Shown piece after piece: positions 9,698 through 18,885 of a stretch of DNA of 64,000 bases (position 1 is its first letter; every line of letters begins with the position of its first letter). The notes below the pieces were generated by a model that made no database searches, was not told the DNA's origin, and worked only from the letters and a program-made list of their open reading frames with translations. Position numbers and translations under genes: made by a program. The DNA comes from an uncultured Candidatus Saccharibacteria bacterium (GTDB lineage Bacteria; Patescibacteriota; CALEFQ01; G965231055). The stretch covers positions 409,875-473,874 of the forward strand of contig OZ246411.1 in the NCBI GenBank assembly GCA_965231055.1, written 5' to 3'.

Positions 9698-10903
9698 GTG
9701 CCAGTATTTCATTACACAGCAAAGGATAACAATGGTAAGACTCGTTACGGAGAGATAGATTCTGCAAGTGACCAAGTCGCTGCAGATGTTTTGCGTTCAA
9801 GAGGATTGATTGTTGTTGAACTAACAGAAGAAGGAAAGCAAGTTCTAAAAAGAGACATTCAGCCTATCGAAAGAATTACGCTAAAAGATATAGCTATTTT
9901 TTCTAGGCAGCTTTCTACTATGGTAGCTGCGAGCATGCCGCTCACCGGATCTCTCGAGGCGCTAGCTCAAAATACTACCAAGGTTAAGATGAGAAAGATT
10001 ATCGAAAAACTTGCTAAGGATGTTGACGGTGGAGTGAGGTTTTCTATAGCTTTAGCTTCTTACCCAAAGGTTTTTGATGATTTTTATGTAAGCGTGATCA
10101 AGTCTGGAGAGGTAAGTGGAGAAATGGATAGTTCTTTGCTTTACTTGGCTGAGCAGCTTGAGAAAGATTATGACCTGCTTTCTAAACTTAGGGGGGCTAT
10201 GATATACCCTTTGTTTGTTGTAGGGATGTTTTTGGCCGTAGGGGCCTTGATGGTTATCTCTGTTATTCCTCAGCTCAAAAAAGTTTTTGAAGGAATGGAT
10301 CAAGAACTTCCTGCTATGACTCAGGCGCTGTTAAATACGAGTGATTTCATGAGAGGGTATTGGTGGTTAATTCTGGCGGTGGTCGTGTTTGTCGTTTTGG
10401 GGTATAAATGGTATAATAGCACTAAAGAAGGTCATAAAAATATAGACAAAATTAAAATCAGACTCCCCATCTTCGGTAAGATTTTACAAAAAGTTTATGC
10501 AGTGAGATTTGCTAGAAGTTTTTATACTTTGCTAGTTGGTGGGATATCCGTGGTTGAGGCTATAAAAGTTTCAGGTTCTGTGGTGGGAAATGTGGTTTAT
10601 AAAGAAATTGCAGAAGAAGCAGCGAAAAGAGTAGAAAATGGAGACACTGTCGCGAGTGCATTTGAATTACATTCAGAAATACCTTCAATGATGACTCAGA
10701 TGATTAGGGTGGGGGAGAAAACAGGAAAACTCTCTGATGTGCTTGAAAAAGTGGGAGATTTCTATAATCGTGAAGTAAATAACGAAATTTCAAATCTAAC
10801 AGTAACCATAGAGCCATTGATTATGATTGTTCTGGGGGTGGGCGTTTTTATACTTATGGCAGCCATAATTATGCCGATATATAATATTGCTAATAGCTTC
10901 TGA
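9698..10903 (+). CDS. pilC: type IV pilus inner-membrane platform protein PilC (GspF family)
   Basis: two GspF-type repeats, 3 TM segments, position after pilT. Confidence 0.85.
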   Translation: MPVFHYTAKDNNGKTRYGEIDSASDQVAADVLRSRGLIVVELTEEGKQVLKRDIQPIERITLKDIAIFSRQLSTMVAASMPLTGSLEALAQNTTKVKMRKIIEKLAKDVDGGVRFSIALASYPKVFDDFYVSVIKSGEVSGEMDSSLLYLAEQLEKDYDLLSKLRGAMIYPLFVVGMFLAVGALMVISVIPQLKKVFEGMDQELPAMTQALLNTSDFMRGYWWLILAVVVFVVLGYKWYNSTKEGHKNIDKIKIRLPIFGKILQKVYAVRFARSFYTLLVGGISVVEAIKVSGSVVGNVVYKEIAEEAAKRVENGDTVASAFELHSEIPSMMTQMIRVGEKTGKLSDVLEKVGDFYNREVNNEISNLTVTIEPLIMIVLGVGVFILMAAIIMPIYNIANSF

Positions 10904-10910
10904 TATTTAG

Positions 10911-11010
10911 GAGAATTAGAAGTTTTAGAAGTATAGGTGTTGAAATTAACTGTGAATGTTTAGTATCATGCTAGTTCATCTAATACTTCTAGTACGTCTA
11001 GTCCTTCTAG
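10911..11010 (+). repeat. TTAGAAG/CTTCTAA iteron-like imperfect inverted repeat (family A, copy 1)
   Basis: left arm gagaaTTAGAAGtttTAGAAGtatagg, right arm ctaataCTTCTAgtacgtctagtcCTTCTAg; the same architecture recurs at 49183, 51272 and 51908. Confidence 0.7.
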
Positions 11011-11051
11011 AAAATAAATACAAAATAATATGAAAGGGGGTGACAAGAAAA

Positions 11052-11417
11052 ATGTTTAACAAAAAAGGTTTTACTCTCGTTGAGCTCTTGGTGGTTATTG
11101 CTATTATCGGTATTTTGGCCGCTATAGTAATAGTCAACTTGGCTACAGCAAGAGACAAGGCAAACGACGCACAAGCAACAGCTTATGCTCGCAATGCCGC
11201 AACAGCTCTAGAAATGTCTAGAGATGATAATGAAACTTATCCAGCTGCTTGGGATTTGAGTGGAGATCAGGCTGATGCTCTTGGAACATATATAGGAGTA
11301 TTTGATTGGCCAGCTGGTACCTCGGGAGCTTATACCTATGTAGATGATACCCATTACGATATAGCAGTAACTTTGAATAGTGGATCATTCGCATGCGATG
11401 AAACTGGTTGTAGATAA
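11052..11417 (+). CDS. pilA: type IV major pilin (prepilin with class III signal peptide)
   Basis: MFNKKGFTLVELLVVIAIIGILAAI N-methylation/cleavage motif; strong SD AAAGGGGGTGA 8 nt upstream of the ATG at 11052; the ORF track starts at an upstream GTG (11040). Confidence 0.9.
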   Translation: MFNKKGFTLVELLVVIAIIGILAAIVIVNLATARDKANDAQATAYARNAATALEMSRDDNETYPAAWDLSGDQADALGTYIGVFDWPAGTSGAYTYVDDTHYDIAVTLNSGSFACDETGCR

Positions 11418-11429
11418 TTATATATCTTA

Positions 11430-11452
11430 GGGTTAAAGGGGTCCTTTAACCC
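11430..11452 (+). terminator. perfect 10-bp hairpin after the pilin gene (attenuator/terminator-like; weak U-tract)
   Basis: GGGTTAAAGG ggt CCTTTAACCC followed by tttcat. Confidence 0.5.
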
Positions 11453-11458
11453 TTTCAT

Positions 11459-12247
11459 ATGTCAATGATCTATTATTATATTTTACTTTTTGTATTTGGA
11501 TTGATATTTGGTAGTTTTGCCAACGTCCTTATTTTTAGACTCAAAAAAAGAGAGGACTTGGTGTTTAAAAGATCATATTGTCCCACTTGCAAAAAGACTC
11601 TAAAATGGTACGACCTGATTCCCGTAATCAGCTTTTTTATTTTGCGTGGAATTTGCAGAAACTGCAGGAAAAAAATCAGCATTCAGTATCCAGTGGTAGA
11701 ACTTTGTACTGGTTTGATGTTTGTGGTTATGGGCTACTGGGCAAATTCGCAAAATTTAGTAGGGTGGTATTATGCAGTATCTTTGATATTTGGTTTGTAT
11801 ATGGCTTTTGTTTTTATTTCGCTATTTGTCTACGACCTTAAGTATATGGAGCTACCTGACTCCATTATGCTTCCATCTATAGCTGTGGCTATTTTTTATT
11901 TTTTAACAGTGTATCCCGATAGGTGGCTTTCGCTTGTTATAGGAATTGGAGTTTCTTTTATATTTTTTCTTTTGATTTTTGTTTTTTCGAAAGGCAAGGC
12001 GATGGGTGGGGGAGATGTGAAGCTCGCGATACTTATCGGAGCTATTTGTGTATGGCCCGGAACTTTGTTGGCATTGCTTTTGGCTTTTGTAGGTGGAGCG
12101 ATTATTGGAATTATTCTTGTTATGATAAAGAAAAAGAATATGAAAAGCGAAATACCTTTCGGAATTTTCATAATTCCATCAATAGTAATAGTGATGATAT
12201 GGGGAGACTTGATAGTTGATTGGTATTTAAAAATGCTTTCTTTATAA
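11459..12247 (+). CDS. pilD: prepilin peptidase (A24 family)
   Basis: N-terminal CPTC...CRNC zinc-finger-like tetracysteine, multiple TM helices, GGGDVKL region. Confidence 0.85.
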   Translation: MSMIYYYILLFVFGLIFGSFANVLIFRLKKREDLVFKRSYCPTCKKTLKWYDLIPVISFFILRGICRNCRKKISIQYPVVELCTGLMFVVMGYWANSQNLVGWYYAVSLIFGLYMAFVFISLFVYDLKYMELPDSIMLPSIAVAIFYFLTVYPDRWLSLVIGIGVSFIFFLLIFVFSKGKAMGGGDVKLAILIGAICVWPGTLLALLLAFVGGAIIGIILVMIKKKNMKSEIPFGIFIIPSIVIVMIWGDLIVDWYLKMLSL

Positions 12248-12252
12248 AAAAT

Positions 12253-12897
12253 ATGTATTTTATTAAATCACAAAAAGGATTTTCCCTAATAGAAATGCTC
12301 GTAGTAATAGCTATGATAGGCATACTCTCCGTACTTGTGTTTGCAGATTTTAGGGGTCAGGGGCAAAACACTCTTTTTAAATATACCTCGGAAGATGTTT
12401 TGGGTGCAGCTATTCAGGTGCGAGAGTTTTCAAAATCAGGAAAAATACTTTCCACAATCAATCAGGTTCCGCTGGGTGGATATGGAATATTTTTTGATAT
12501 AGGATCTGGCGTAATATCTCAATTCGCCGATACAAATAATAATGATATTTTTGATGAAAAAAGTAAAAACGAATTTATTGCCAAGGTGAGTTACAATTCA
12601 AATTTCATGATTAGTGAATTCTATCTGGGAAAAAATACCTTAGTGCCTGTAGATAGTGAGCTTGATAAAGAATACTTTGATGATAAGTCGGGCAAGTCTC
12701 AGCCATCTAAAAGTAAATTTTACGTGATTTTTGAGAATCCCAATGGTGACATGCTGATAGTTGACGAAAAGGGTCAAAGCGATTATGCCTCCGCATCACT
12801 AGGATTACTAAATAAAACAACGGGTCAAAAATTGTACTTAAATTTTTCAAAACAATCTGGTGCCATAAGCATAGATGAAAATGTTATTAAAAAATAA
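12253..12897 (+). CDS. minor pilin / pseudopilin (prepilin-type N-terminal domain)
   Basis: MYFIKSQKGFSLIEMLVVIAMIGILS; start chosen at the internal Met giving a short leader. Confidence 0.75.
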   Translation: MYFIKSQKGFSLIEMLVVIAMIGILSVLVFADFRGQGQNTLFKYTSEDVLGAAIQVREFSKSGKILSTINQVPLGGYGIFFDIGSGVISQFADTNNNDIFDEKSKNEFIAKVSYNSNFMISEFYLGKNTLVPVDSELDKEYFDDKSGKSQPSKSKFYVIFENPNGDMLIVDEKGQSDYASASLGLLNKTTGQKLYLNFSKQSGAISIDENVIKK

Positions 12898-12916
12898 AGC
12901 TAAAAAGATTGGTTTT

Positions 12917-13480
12917 ATGACCAATAATAAAGGATTTTCACTTATAGAGGCACTTGTTGCTATCTCGGTTGTTGTAGTTGGAATTGGTGGAGGATTGATG
13001 ATAACTGCAAACTCTATAAAGGTTGGAACACTTGGTAGTCAAGAATTTATTGCTTCAAATTTAGCTCAGGAGGGGGTAGAGTTTACGCGAGCTTTTCGCG
13101 ATAAGTATTGGCTGGAGGGACTTGATTATGATCAGATGTCTTCACGAGGATACATACCAAAAGAAGGAGTGTCTAGAAGTTACAGAGTACATATTAATTC
13201 TCGCGGAAAGCTTGTTATGGAGAGTGTATTGTATTCAGATCCTTTTGCCAATGGCTTTTTGCTTTATAATTCTCCTGGGGGAGATTTGGATGGTGTTTTT
13301 ACTCATGATATATCTAAAACCGAATCAATATTTTATAGAAAAGTTGATATAAGAAGAGCTGGCGTGGGAGATGAGGATTTTTTGCAAGGAGGTTTGATAG
13401 TGACGTGCGTAGTTAGCTGGAAAACAAATACGGGAAATAAATCAGTAGAATTACAAGATGTTTTATATGATTGGAAATAA
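12917..13480 (+). CDS. minor pilin / pseudopilin (prepilin-type N-terminal domain)
   Basis: MTNNKGFSLIEALVAISVVVVGIGG; start at an internal Met of the listed ORF. Confidence 0.7.
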   Translation: MTNNKGFSLIEALVAISVVVVGIGGGLMITANSIKVGTLGSQEFIASNLAQEGVEFTRAFRDKYWLEGLDYDQMSSRGYIPKEGVSRSYRVHINSRGKLVMESVLYSDPFANGFLLYNSPGGDLDGVFTHDISKTESIFYRKVDIRRAGVGDEDFLQGGLIVTCVVSWKTNTGNKSVELQDVLYDWK

Positions 13481-14009
13481 AAAACAAAACAATAAGAGAG
13501 GATTTACCATTGTCGAGATGGTAGTTGCGGTTACTATTTTTTCTGTTGTCGTTGTTATTGCTATAGGTTCTTTTTTGGCCGTACTCACAGCAAACACCAA
13601 AAGCTTGGGGGTCAAAAATATTCAACAAGATGCAAGGTATATAATGGATCAAATAGCTCACGACGTGAGATCTGGAACTATCGATTATGTTAATCATGAT
13701 GACAAGCTTTCAACTTTGCATATAGTTTTGCGTGATGGAAGTAGGGTGGAGTATAGCTTTGTAGTTTTGGGATCAGAAGATGGTGCGGGCAATATTTTTT
13801 ATAAAGACGCCAATGGAAATAGCACAAAGATAAATTCGGATAAAGTTGATATTATCGATATGAAGTTTGCGGTTTATCCCAATTCAAGCTCCGAATTATC
13901 AAGCGAACAACCGAGAGTAACTATTATAGGAGTTTTTCAAAGCAAAGATGATGCAAAATCAAGATTTAGGGTTCAAACATCTGTTGTCTCTAGACAATAT
14001 ATAAAATAA
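13467..14009 (+). CDS. minor pilin / pseudopilin (prepilin-type N-terminal domain)
   Basis: MIGNKKQNNKRGFTIVEMVVAVTIFSVVVV. Confidence 0.7.
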   Translation: MIGNKKQNNKRGFTIVEMVVAVTIFSVVVVIAIGSFLAVLTANTKSLGVKNIQQDARYIMDQIAHDVRSGTIDYVNHDDKLSTLHIVLRDGSRVEYSFVVLGSEDGAGNIFYKDANGNSTKINSDKVDIIDMKFAVYPNSSSELSSEQPRVTIIGVFQSKDDAKSRFRVQTSVVSRQYIK

Positions 14010-14012
14010 ATT

Positions 14013-14810
14013 ATGAATTCTAGGGGATCTACATTGATTATAGGTTTGTTGATACTTTCAGCTGTGATATCAACTAGTATTTTGATAGGTGGAATAGTTT
14101 TTAGAGAACTCGGGGTGGCTTTTAGCATTTCAAAGTCTCAAAATGCTTATTACGCTGCTGAATCTGGATCTGAGATGGTGCTGTATCAATGGGTAAAAAA
14201 TGGTAGCGTAAAATTTGATAAGGGGTATTTGAAAGATGTTGATACCGTCTGGGGCGTGAAATATCAAAATTCTGCTATAAATCTTTCGGGGGACCTGGGA
14301 CAGCATCAAACCAAAGAAATTCCACTATACAATGTTGTTGACGATGAGCCTCTAGATGGATTGCATGAAGCTACTGTTTACTGGGGTGGTGGGGGTAGAA
14401 TGGAGTATAGTCTTTTTTCTTGGAATGATGATGAGCAAATAAGTTTTTTTACGAAAGGCGGAGAAATAAGCAGGGGAGTCATGAATGCGACGAGCTGTGT
14501 TTCTTCGGGTGAATATGATTGTCAAATTAGCTTTAAAAATCTAGATGATACAAAGAAATATGTAGTTAGGTTTAGGCCTATGTGTGATTTTAGCTATGGT
14601 TTGTGTGGTAATTCTTGGATCTATAGCTTTGAGGCCTTGGATACTTTTGGTGATCAAATAGAGCTTCCCATAGGATTTATAGCTACTTCTACGGGAGAAT
14701 CGTCAAGTGAATATAGAAGAAAAATCGAGTCGATTCTTCCGCTAAGAGGAGAAACTTTTGGTATATTTGATTATGGTATATTCTCGGACGAAGCCCTAAA
14801 GCTTAATTAA
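14013..14810 (+). CDS. PilX N-terminal domain protein (pilus-associated minor pilin-like)
   Basis: RGSTLIIGLLILSAVISTS...SQNAYYAAESGSEMVLYQW resembles the PilX N-terminal consensus; last gene of the pilus operon. Confidence 0.6.
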   Translation: MNSRGSTLIIGLLILSAVISTSILIGGIVFRELGVAFSISKSQNAYYAAESGSEMVLYQWVKNGSVKFDKGYLKDVDTVWGVKYQNSAINLSGDLGQHQTKEIPLYNVVDDEPLDGLHEATVYWGGGGRMEYSLFSWNDDEQISFFTKGGEISRGVMNATSCVSSGEYDCQISFKNLDDTKKYVVRFRPMCDFSYGLCGNSWIYSFEALDTFGDQIELPIGFIATSTGESSSEYRRKIESILPLRGETFGIFDYGIFSDEALKLN

Positions 14811-14862
14811 AAAATCCGCCTCGACTCAGGATTGGTTTGAGTTAAATAGGCGGTTTTTTTTA
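14811..14862. terminator. bidirectional intrinsic terminator between convergent genes
   Basis: two-tier hairpin (CCGCCT...AGGCGG outer, ACTCA/TGAGT inner) flanked by an A-run on the left and T8 on the right. Confidence 0.7.
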
Positions 14863-14874
14863 TTGCCGATTTGC

Positions 14875-15726
14875 TTAGTCTATTTTTATAACTCTATTTT
14901 CGTAGGTGTTTTCATATACATCAACTACGAGAAAATGTGGCATAGGGTCTAGGCCAAATTGAGGACTTGATCCAGCACCTCCCGTGATAGTGAGTGGTAT
15001 TCCATAAAAATCATATTCCAAAAATCCATGAAAGTGCCCGCTATACAAATGATCAACATTCGAGTTTTTTAAAATAGTTCCAAATTTTTCAATACTATTG
15101 TTTTTGGATTCAGTTGGCTCTCCAAAAATAGATGACGAAAGTGGAGTTTCTGGTGGTACATGAGTAAAGACGAATACTTTTTGGTCAGTTCTTCCTACTA
15201 GATCTTTTTCTAGCCAATCCAAATCTCCCGAAAATATTCCCTCGCTTTCAACTGAACTATCAATTATAGCAAAATGCGAATCCTTGAAATCAAAAGATTG
15301 ATTTCGCGGGCCTATTATGCTGATAAAATCTTCTGATGATCTTTCCTCTTTGGAGTTTAGCGTGAGATCATTGTCTCCAACCGCGATGTAGTAGGGGGTA
15401 CCTAGATTTTTGTCCAAATAGTTTTTAAAATCTACAAAATCTTTTCTACTTTTTCCATTTGTTATGTCTCCCACTGAAACAACGAAAGAGACGTTTGATT
15501 CATTTATCTTTTCAATTATGGATTCAAATGTAGGATTTATGGTTCCATTGTCTCCAAATACGGCAAAGCTAAAAAGAAATTCGCCCTTGTCTACCTCGTT
15601 TGTTTTTACTGATTCCTCGGCTGGCTGATCGTTTTTACATGACACAAATACGAAAAAAACCACAAAAAGCATGAGTATTATTAGCGCTATCTTGGATGTT
15701 TTGGATGTTTTACCGCGTGTTTTCAT
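14875..15726 (-). CDS. secreted metallophosphoesterase (calcineurin-like)
   Basis: signal peptide/TM at N-terminus; GDNG..., VGDITNG, GHFHGF metallophosphatase motifs. Confidence 0.8.
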   Translation of the reverse strand: MKTRGKTSKTSKIALIILMLFVVFFVFVSCKNDQPAEESVKTNEVDKGEFLFSFAVFGDNGTINPTFESIIEKINESNVSFVVSVGDITNGKSRKDFVDFKNYLDKNLGTPYYIAVGDNDLTLNSKEERSSEDFISIIGPRNQSFDFKDSHFAIIDSSVESEGIFSGDLDWLEKDLVGRTDQKVFVFTHVPPETPLSSSIFGEPTESKNNSIEKFGTILKNSNVDHLYSGHFHGFLEYDFYGIPLTITGGAGSSPQFGLDPMPHFLVVDVYENTYENRVIKID

Positions 15727-15821
15727 ATATTCGTAATAAGTAAAAATGCTTTATTTTAGTGGCGTAATAATGATATAATATCAAAATAACGAGTTAGTGT
15801 TAAGCTAAATATTACCCCAAA

Positions 15822-17876
15822 ATGACAAAGAAAGAGGCTCAAAATAGAATACTGAAGCTTCGAGATGAAATCAATCATCATCGCCATCTTTATCATGTGC
15901 TTGATAGACAGGATATAAGTGATGAGGCGTATGATGCTTTGGAGCACGAGCTTTTTCAATTGGAACAGAAATTTCCAGAACTTGTAACCAAGGATTCTCC
16001 TACTCAAAGAGTATCTGGATCACCACTTAATAAATTTGAAAAAGTTAAACATAGCTCAAGGGTTTTATCTTTGGAAGATGTTTTTAATTTTGAAGAGCTA
16101 CGAGATTGGGAAGTGAGAAATAAAAAAATAGTAAATGCCAAATACGAATATTTCAGTGAGCTCAAGCTAGATGGTTTGTCGCTCATACTTATTTATAAAA
16201 ATGGAATTTTGGAGAAGGGGATTACAAGGGGCGATGGAATTGTGGGGGAGGATGTCACGCAAAATATAAAAACCATAAAAAGTATTCCTCTGGGATTGAA
16301 TTTTGATAAAATTAGCGACAAAAAAATAGCCGAGCTTGCCTATAAAAATTTGGAAGTTAGGGGGGAAGTTATTATAACCAAAAAATCTTTTGAAAAAATA
16401 AATAAAGAGCAAGAGAAAAAAGGTGAAAAAATTTACGCTAATCCGAGAAACTTGGCTGCTGGATCTATAAGGCAACTTGATTCCAAAGTTACTTCACTGC
16501 GAGAGCTGATATTTTTTGCATATGAAATAAGAAATGATTTGGGTGTACATGCTCACGACAAAGAGATTGATATACTTAAAAATCTAGGATTTAGAACGGA
16601 AGCAAATTCACAAAAAGTCGGAGATATTTTTGGAGCGCAGAAGTTTTTATCTTTATGGGAGAAAAAGAGACAATCCCTCTTATTTCTTACAGATGGTGCT
16701 GTAATAAAGATAAACGATGCTTTGCTTAGAAAAAGACTTGGATTTGTAGGAAAAGCTCCTAGGGGCATGATCGCCTATAAATTTCCAGCAGAAGAGAAAA
16801 CGACCGTGGTAAAGGACATAATAATTCAGGTTGGTAGAACCGGCACGCTTACTCCAGTGGCTTTGTTTGAACCCGTAGTTGTGGCTGGATCATTGGTTTC
16901 TAGGGCTACTTTGCATAATTTTGATCAGATAGAGCGCCTTGATGTGAGAATAGGTGATACGGTGGTTGTAAGAAAAGCAGGTGATGTCATCCCCGAAGTT
17001 GTGCAGTCTATAATTCGCATGAGACCTGAAAATTCTGTTAAACTTAAAATTCCCAAAAAATGTCCAGTTTGTGGTTCCGAAATAAAAAAAATAGAGGGAG
17101 AAGTAGCTCTGAAATGTCCCAATAAAAAATGTTTTGCACTAGAAAAAGAAAACATAATACATTTTGTTTCAAAAAAAGGATTTGACATAGAGGGTCTTGG
17201 CGAAAAAATCGTGGAGCAACTCATAGACGAGGGATTGGTCCACATGGCCTCTGATTTATTTGAACTTACTGAGGGTGACTTGAAGCCACTTGAAAAGTTT
17301 GCAGACAAAAAATCTCAAAATCTCATTGGGTCAATTGAAAAATCAAAAAGTATTGAATTCAATAAATTTATTTCAGCAATAGGTATTCCTATGGTGGGGG
17401 AGGAAACTTCTTTTGACTTGGCTAAGCAGTTTTCAGCAAAAAATAAAAAATTCAAAAAACTATTTTCTTCCACAGATCTTCTGGATTTTGCAGCATCTAT
17501 GACAGAAGAGGGACTTAGGAATATTGAGGGTGTAGGCGAGAGAGTGGCTAAAAGCATTTTTGAGTATTTTGGAGAAAAAAGAACCAAAGAGCTTTTTGAT
17601 AATTTGACTGCATGTGGAGTTTTGATAAAACCCATTGCAAATATTGATACTAGATTATCAGGTAAAACTTTTGTTATTACCGGAACTCTTCCTACATTAT
17701 CTCGAGAAGAAGCTAAAGAAAAAGTAAAAATTGCTGGGGGAAACGTGGCGAGTTCGGTTAGCAAGAATACTGACTTTGTTGTCGCCGGAGAAGACCCCGG
17801 ATCAAAATATAAAAAAGCGCAAGAATTGGGTGTAAAAATCATCTCTGAAAAAGAGCTACTAACACTAATCAAATAG
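15822..17876 (+). CDS. ligA: NAD-dependent DNA ligase
   Basis: KLDGLS adenylation motif, OB fold, 4-Cys zinc finger CPVCGS...CPNKKC, HhH and BRCT regions. Confidence 0.95.
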   Translation: MTKKEAQNRILKLRDEINHHRHLYHVLDRQDISDEAYDALEHELFQLEQKFPELVTKDSPTQRVSGSPLNKFEKVKHSSRVLSLEDVFNFEELRDWEVRNKKIVNAKYEYFSELKLDGLSLILIYKNGILEKGITRGDGIVGEDVTQNIKTIKSIPLGLNFDKISDKKIAELAYKNLEVRGEVIITKKSFEKINKEQEKKGEKIYANPRNLAAGSIRQLDSKVTSLRELIFFAYEIRNDLGVHAHDKEIDILKNLGFRTEANSQKVGDIFGAQKFLSLWEKKRQSLLFLTDGAVIKINDALLRKRLGFVGKAPRGMIAYKFPAEEKTTVVKDIIIQVGRTGTLTPVALFEPVVVAGSLVSRATLHNFDQIERLDVRIGDTVVVRKAGDVIPEVVQSIIRMRPENSVKLKIPKKCPVCGSEIKKIEGEVALKCPNKKCFALEKENIIHFVSKKGFDIEGLGEKIVEQLIDEGLVHMASDLFELTEGDLKPLEKFADKKSQNLIGSIEKSKSIEFNKFISAIGIPMVGEETSFDLAKQFSAKNKKFKKLFSSTDLLDFAASMTEEGLRNIEGVGERVAKSIFEYFGEKRTKELFDNLTACGVLIKPIANIDTRLSGKTFVITGTLPTLSREEAKEKVKIAGGNVASSVSKNTDFVVAGEDPGSKYKKAQELGVKIISEKELLTLIK

Positions 17877-17895
17877 TTTTAAATAGTGATTTTTT

Positions 17896-18195
17896 GTGAT
17901 ATATTGTCTAAATATGATATCAGAAGAAGACGTAAAACATGTTTCCAAGCTAGCTAGGATGGAGCTAACGGAGGAAGAAATAAAACAATTTCAGAAGCAA
18001 CTTTCTGATGTCTTGGGTTATGTAGAAAAATTGAACGAAGTAAACACAGACAATGTTGAACCTACGTGTCATGTGGCAGGACTTGAAAATAAAACAAGGG
18101 AGGATAAAATAGAAATTTTTGAAAATACCAAGGGTATTTTGGATATAGCGCCAGATAGCGAAGCAGATCACTTCAAAGTTAAAAAAGTCTTATAA
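17896..18195 (+). CDS. gatC: aspartyl/glutamyl-tRNA amidotransferase subunit C
   Basis: 99 aa; VKHVSKLARMELTEEEIKQFQKQLSDVLGYVEKL typical of GatC. Confidence 0.85.
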   Translation: MIYCLNMISEEDVKHVSKLARMELTEEEIKQFQKQLSDVLGYVEKLNEVNTDNVEPTCHVAGLENKTREDKIEIFENTKGILDIAPDSEADHFKVKKVL

Positions 18196-18210
18196 AAATA
18201 AAATTTAAAA

Positions 18211-18876
18211 ATGGTTACACTAGAACAACTACAAAAAGACGCGGTGATAGTGGAGTACGTAGAAAAAGCAAACGAGTATTTGAGTAAAATTGGATACACG
18301 GAGCATGGAATGAGGCATGTGAATTTGGTTGCAGATATTGCTTTCAATGTTATGGATAGATTGGGATATCCTAGAGATAGAGCTGTGCTCGCTTCTGTTG
18401 CTGGATTTTTGCATGATATAGGAAATGTTTGCGGAAGAGATCATCATGAGCAAACAGGTGCGGTACTTGCAAAGCAAATGTTGGAGCGACACAATATGCC
18501 AAATAAAGATATTTTGGATGTCATGTTTGCTATAGGTAACCACGAAGAGAGAAGCGGCCATCCAGTCAATGACATCACGGCGGCTCTTATTCTCGCTGAT
18601 AAAACTGACGTTCACAGAACCAGAGTGCAAACCAAAACCAAAAAGAAAGAGCATTTTGATATTCACGATAGAGTTAACTACGCCGTAACCAAATCTTTTC
18701 TCAATGTAAATTCAGAAAACAAGGAGATAGCATTGGAGCTAACCGTTGATACTACAGTGATAGATGTTATTCAGTATTTTGAAATATTTTTGGATCGCAT
18801 GATTATGAACAAAAGAGCTGCCGAATTTCTTGGTGAAAAGTTTATTCTCAAAATTAATGATGTAAAGGTTTTGTAA
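18211..18876 (+). CDS. HD-domain phosphohydrolase
   Basis: H...HD...H...D metal-binding pattern (HGMRHV, FLHDIGN, GNHEER); inserted between gatC and gatA. Confidence 0.7.
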   Translation: MVTLEQLQKDAVIVEYVEKANEYLSKIGYTEHGMRHVNLVADIAFNVMDRLGYPRDRAVLASVAGFLHDIGNVCGRDHHEQTGAVLAKQMLERHNMPNKDILDVMFAIGNHEERSGHPVNDITAALILADKTDVHRTRVQTKTKKKEHFDIHDRVNYAVTKSFLNVNSENKEIALELTVDTTVIDVIQYFEIFLDRMIMNKRAAEFLGEKFILKINDVKVL

Positions 18877-18885
18877 TATTAGTTT

